IMG/VR virus record: IMGVR_UViG_3300009514_000006
Span: 32,001-96,000 of that record
Length of the DNA: 64,000 nucleotides
Source of the DNA: a virus
Reading direction: 5' to 3' (one strand)
Shown here: positions 63,381-64,000 of the stretch, one piece after another
How positions within the stretch are numbered: the stretch's first letter is position 1
Layout: each line of letters begins with the position of its first letter
Notes under the pieces: generated by a model
The model's input: the letters and a program-made list of their open reading frames with translations, nothing else
Database searches by the model: none
What the model was told of the DNA's origin: nothing
Position numbers and translations under genes: made by a program

Positions 63381-63867
63381 CTTAGTCCTATTATTTTCGT
63401 GTTCTTTCGACACCAGCGGTTATCCTAGCGACGGAAGACCCAGCACTGTTACTGATTCTTCTATGATGGACGCTCGTGAGATGACGAGTATCCACCTAGC
63501 TGGTAGACTCTACTACCACAACAACACAACCACCAGCTGTATCAATGCAGAAGAAGTAGATCTTACCCTAATTGCAAACTCTACTCCTCCTAGAATGATC
63601 GAGTATCCTTGGGATCATTACACATGTGGAGATATAAGCGTAGTGGGGGACACCTTCCACCTTCAGTGCCTCTACTATGACTGTATATACATATATGATA
63701 GTTGTTTGTTTCCTTTTGTGCGTAAGCTAACATTCCAATTAAGCAAAGAAAACAACTATTCGGGGATAATTTGGATTAGGCTAGAAGATACTAGCGAGCA
63801 ATATGACGGACCATACTGGTTCTGTGACAGCTTCTTTAAAGTAAAAGGTGTTCCATTTTTTGATTAG
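63346..63867 (+). CDS. Putative lipoprotein
   Basis: N-terminal K, hydrophobic stretch, LLFS-C lipobox-like site. Confidence 0.5.
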   Translation: MNSLVSVVAKSSLVLLFSCSFDTSGYPSDGRPSTVTDSSMMDAREMTSIHLAGRLYYHNNTTTSCINAEEVDLTLIANSTPPRMIEYPWDHYTCGDISVVGDTFHLQCLYYDCIYIYDSCLFPFVRKLTFQLSKENNYSGIIWIRLEDTSEQYDGPYWFCDSFFKVKGVPFFD

Positions 63868-63881
63868 AAAGTAGGTTACTA

Positions 63882-64000
63882 ATGCACATTAATGTTGAAA
63901 AGATTAATAAAGTGTTACTGTTTGTCGCAGCCGCGCTATTTTTGTTCTTGGTAGTGTTTATCAGTACTGGGTGCTCGGATGATAAAGGAGAACCAGCAGA
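63882..64000 (+). CDS. Putative lipoprotein, partial (runs off right edge)
   Basis: My translation: MHINVEKINKVLLFVAAALFLFLVVFISTG-CSDDKGEPA; AGGT SD. Confidence 0.6.
   Translation, partial: MHINVEKINKVLLFVAAALFLFLVVFISTGCSDDKGEPA

Noticed and set aside
1-64000. Stop-codon reassignment or interrupted core genes (introns, inteins)
   Set aside because: Standard code gives full-length, tightly packed ORFs, and no splice or intein motifs were seen in portal, capsid, sheath or primase.

Overview
The window is 64 kb of a large dsDNA myophage genome, almost all on the minus strand. Reading right to left it carries: primase and a YodL-like gene; a 680-bp non-coding region rich in hairpins; an HTH regulator; a cluster of putative head-internal proteins around the portal; prohead protease, scaffold and major capsid protein; a neck adaptor; a 17-kb island of giant fibre/appendage genes; head closure and tail completion genes; sheath, tube, chaperones, tape measure; baseplate hub, spike and wedges; a tailspike; and holin-like and spanin-like lysis genes. 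Portal, protease, capsid, neck, sheath and tube resemble Herelleviridae (Twort/K/SPO1-like) proteins by motif recall. The lysis and baseplate genes point to a probably diderm host. No terminase, endolysin, tRNA, CRISPR array or reverse transcriptase was seen. The strongest new signal is a [ILVMF]-x-K|[SAG] motif, matching the known Herelleviridae capsid maturation site. It is strongly enriched in the scaffold and in most ORFs flanking the portal, where it brackets or adjoins DUF5661-like and pyrophosphatase-like domains; the same block also encodes a degenerate topoisomerase IB. This suggests a protease-processed capsid cargo cassette. Other highlights: a +1 frameshift motif identical to influenza PA-X in the tail chaperone pair, a Com-like zinc ribbon next to a terminator-like hairpin abutting the protease start, a structured tail-tube leader, and two exactly leaderless promoters. 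All family assignments come from motif recognition by eye, with no database search.
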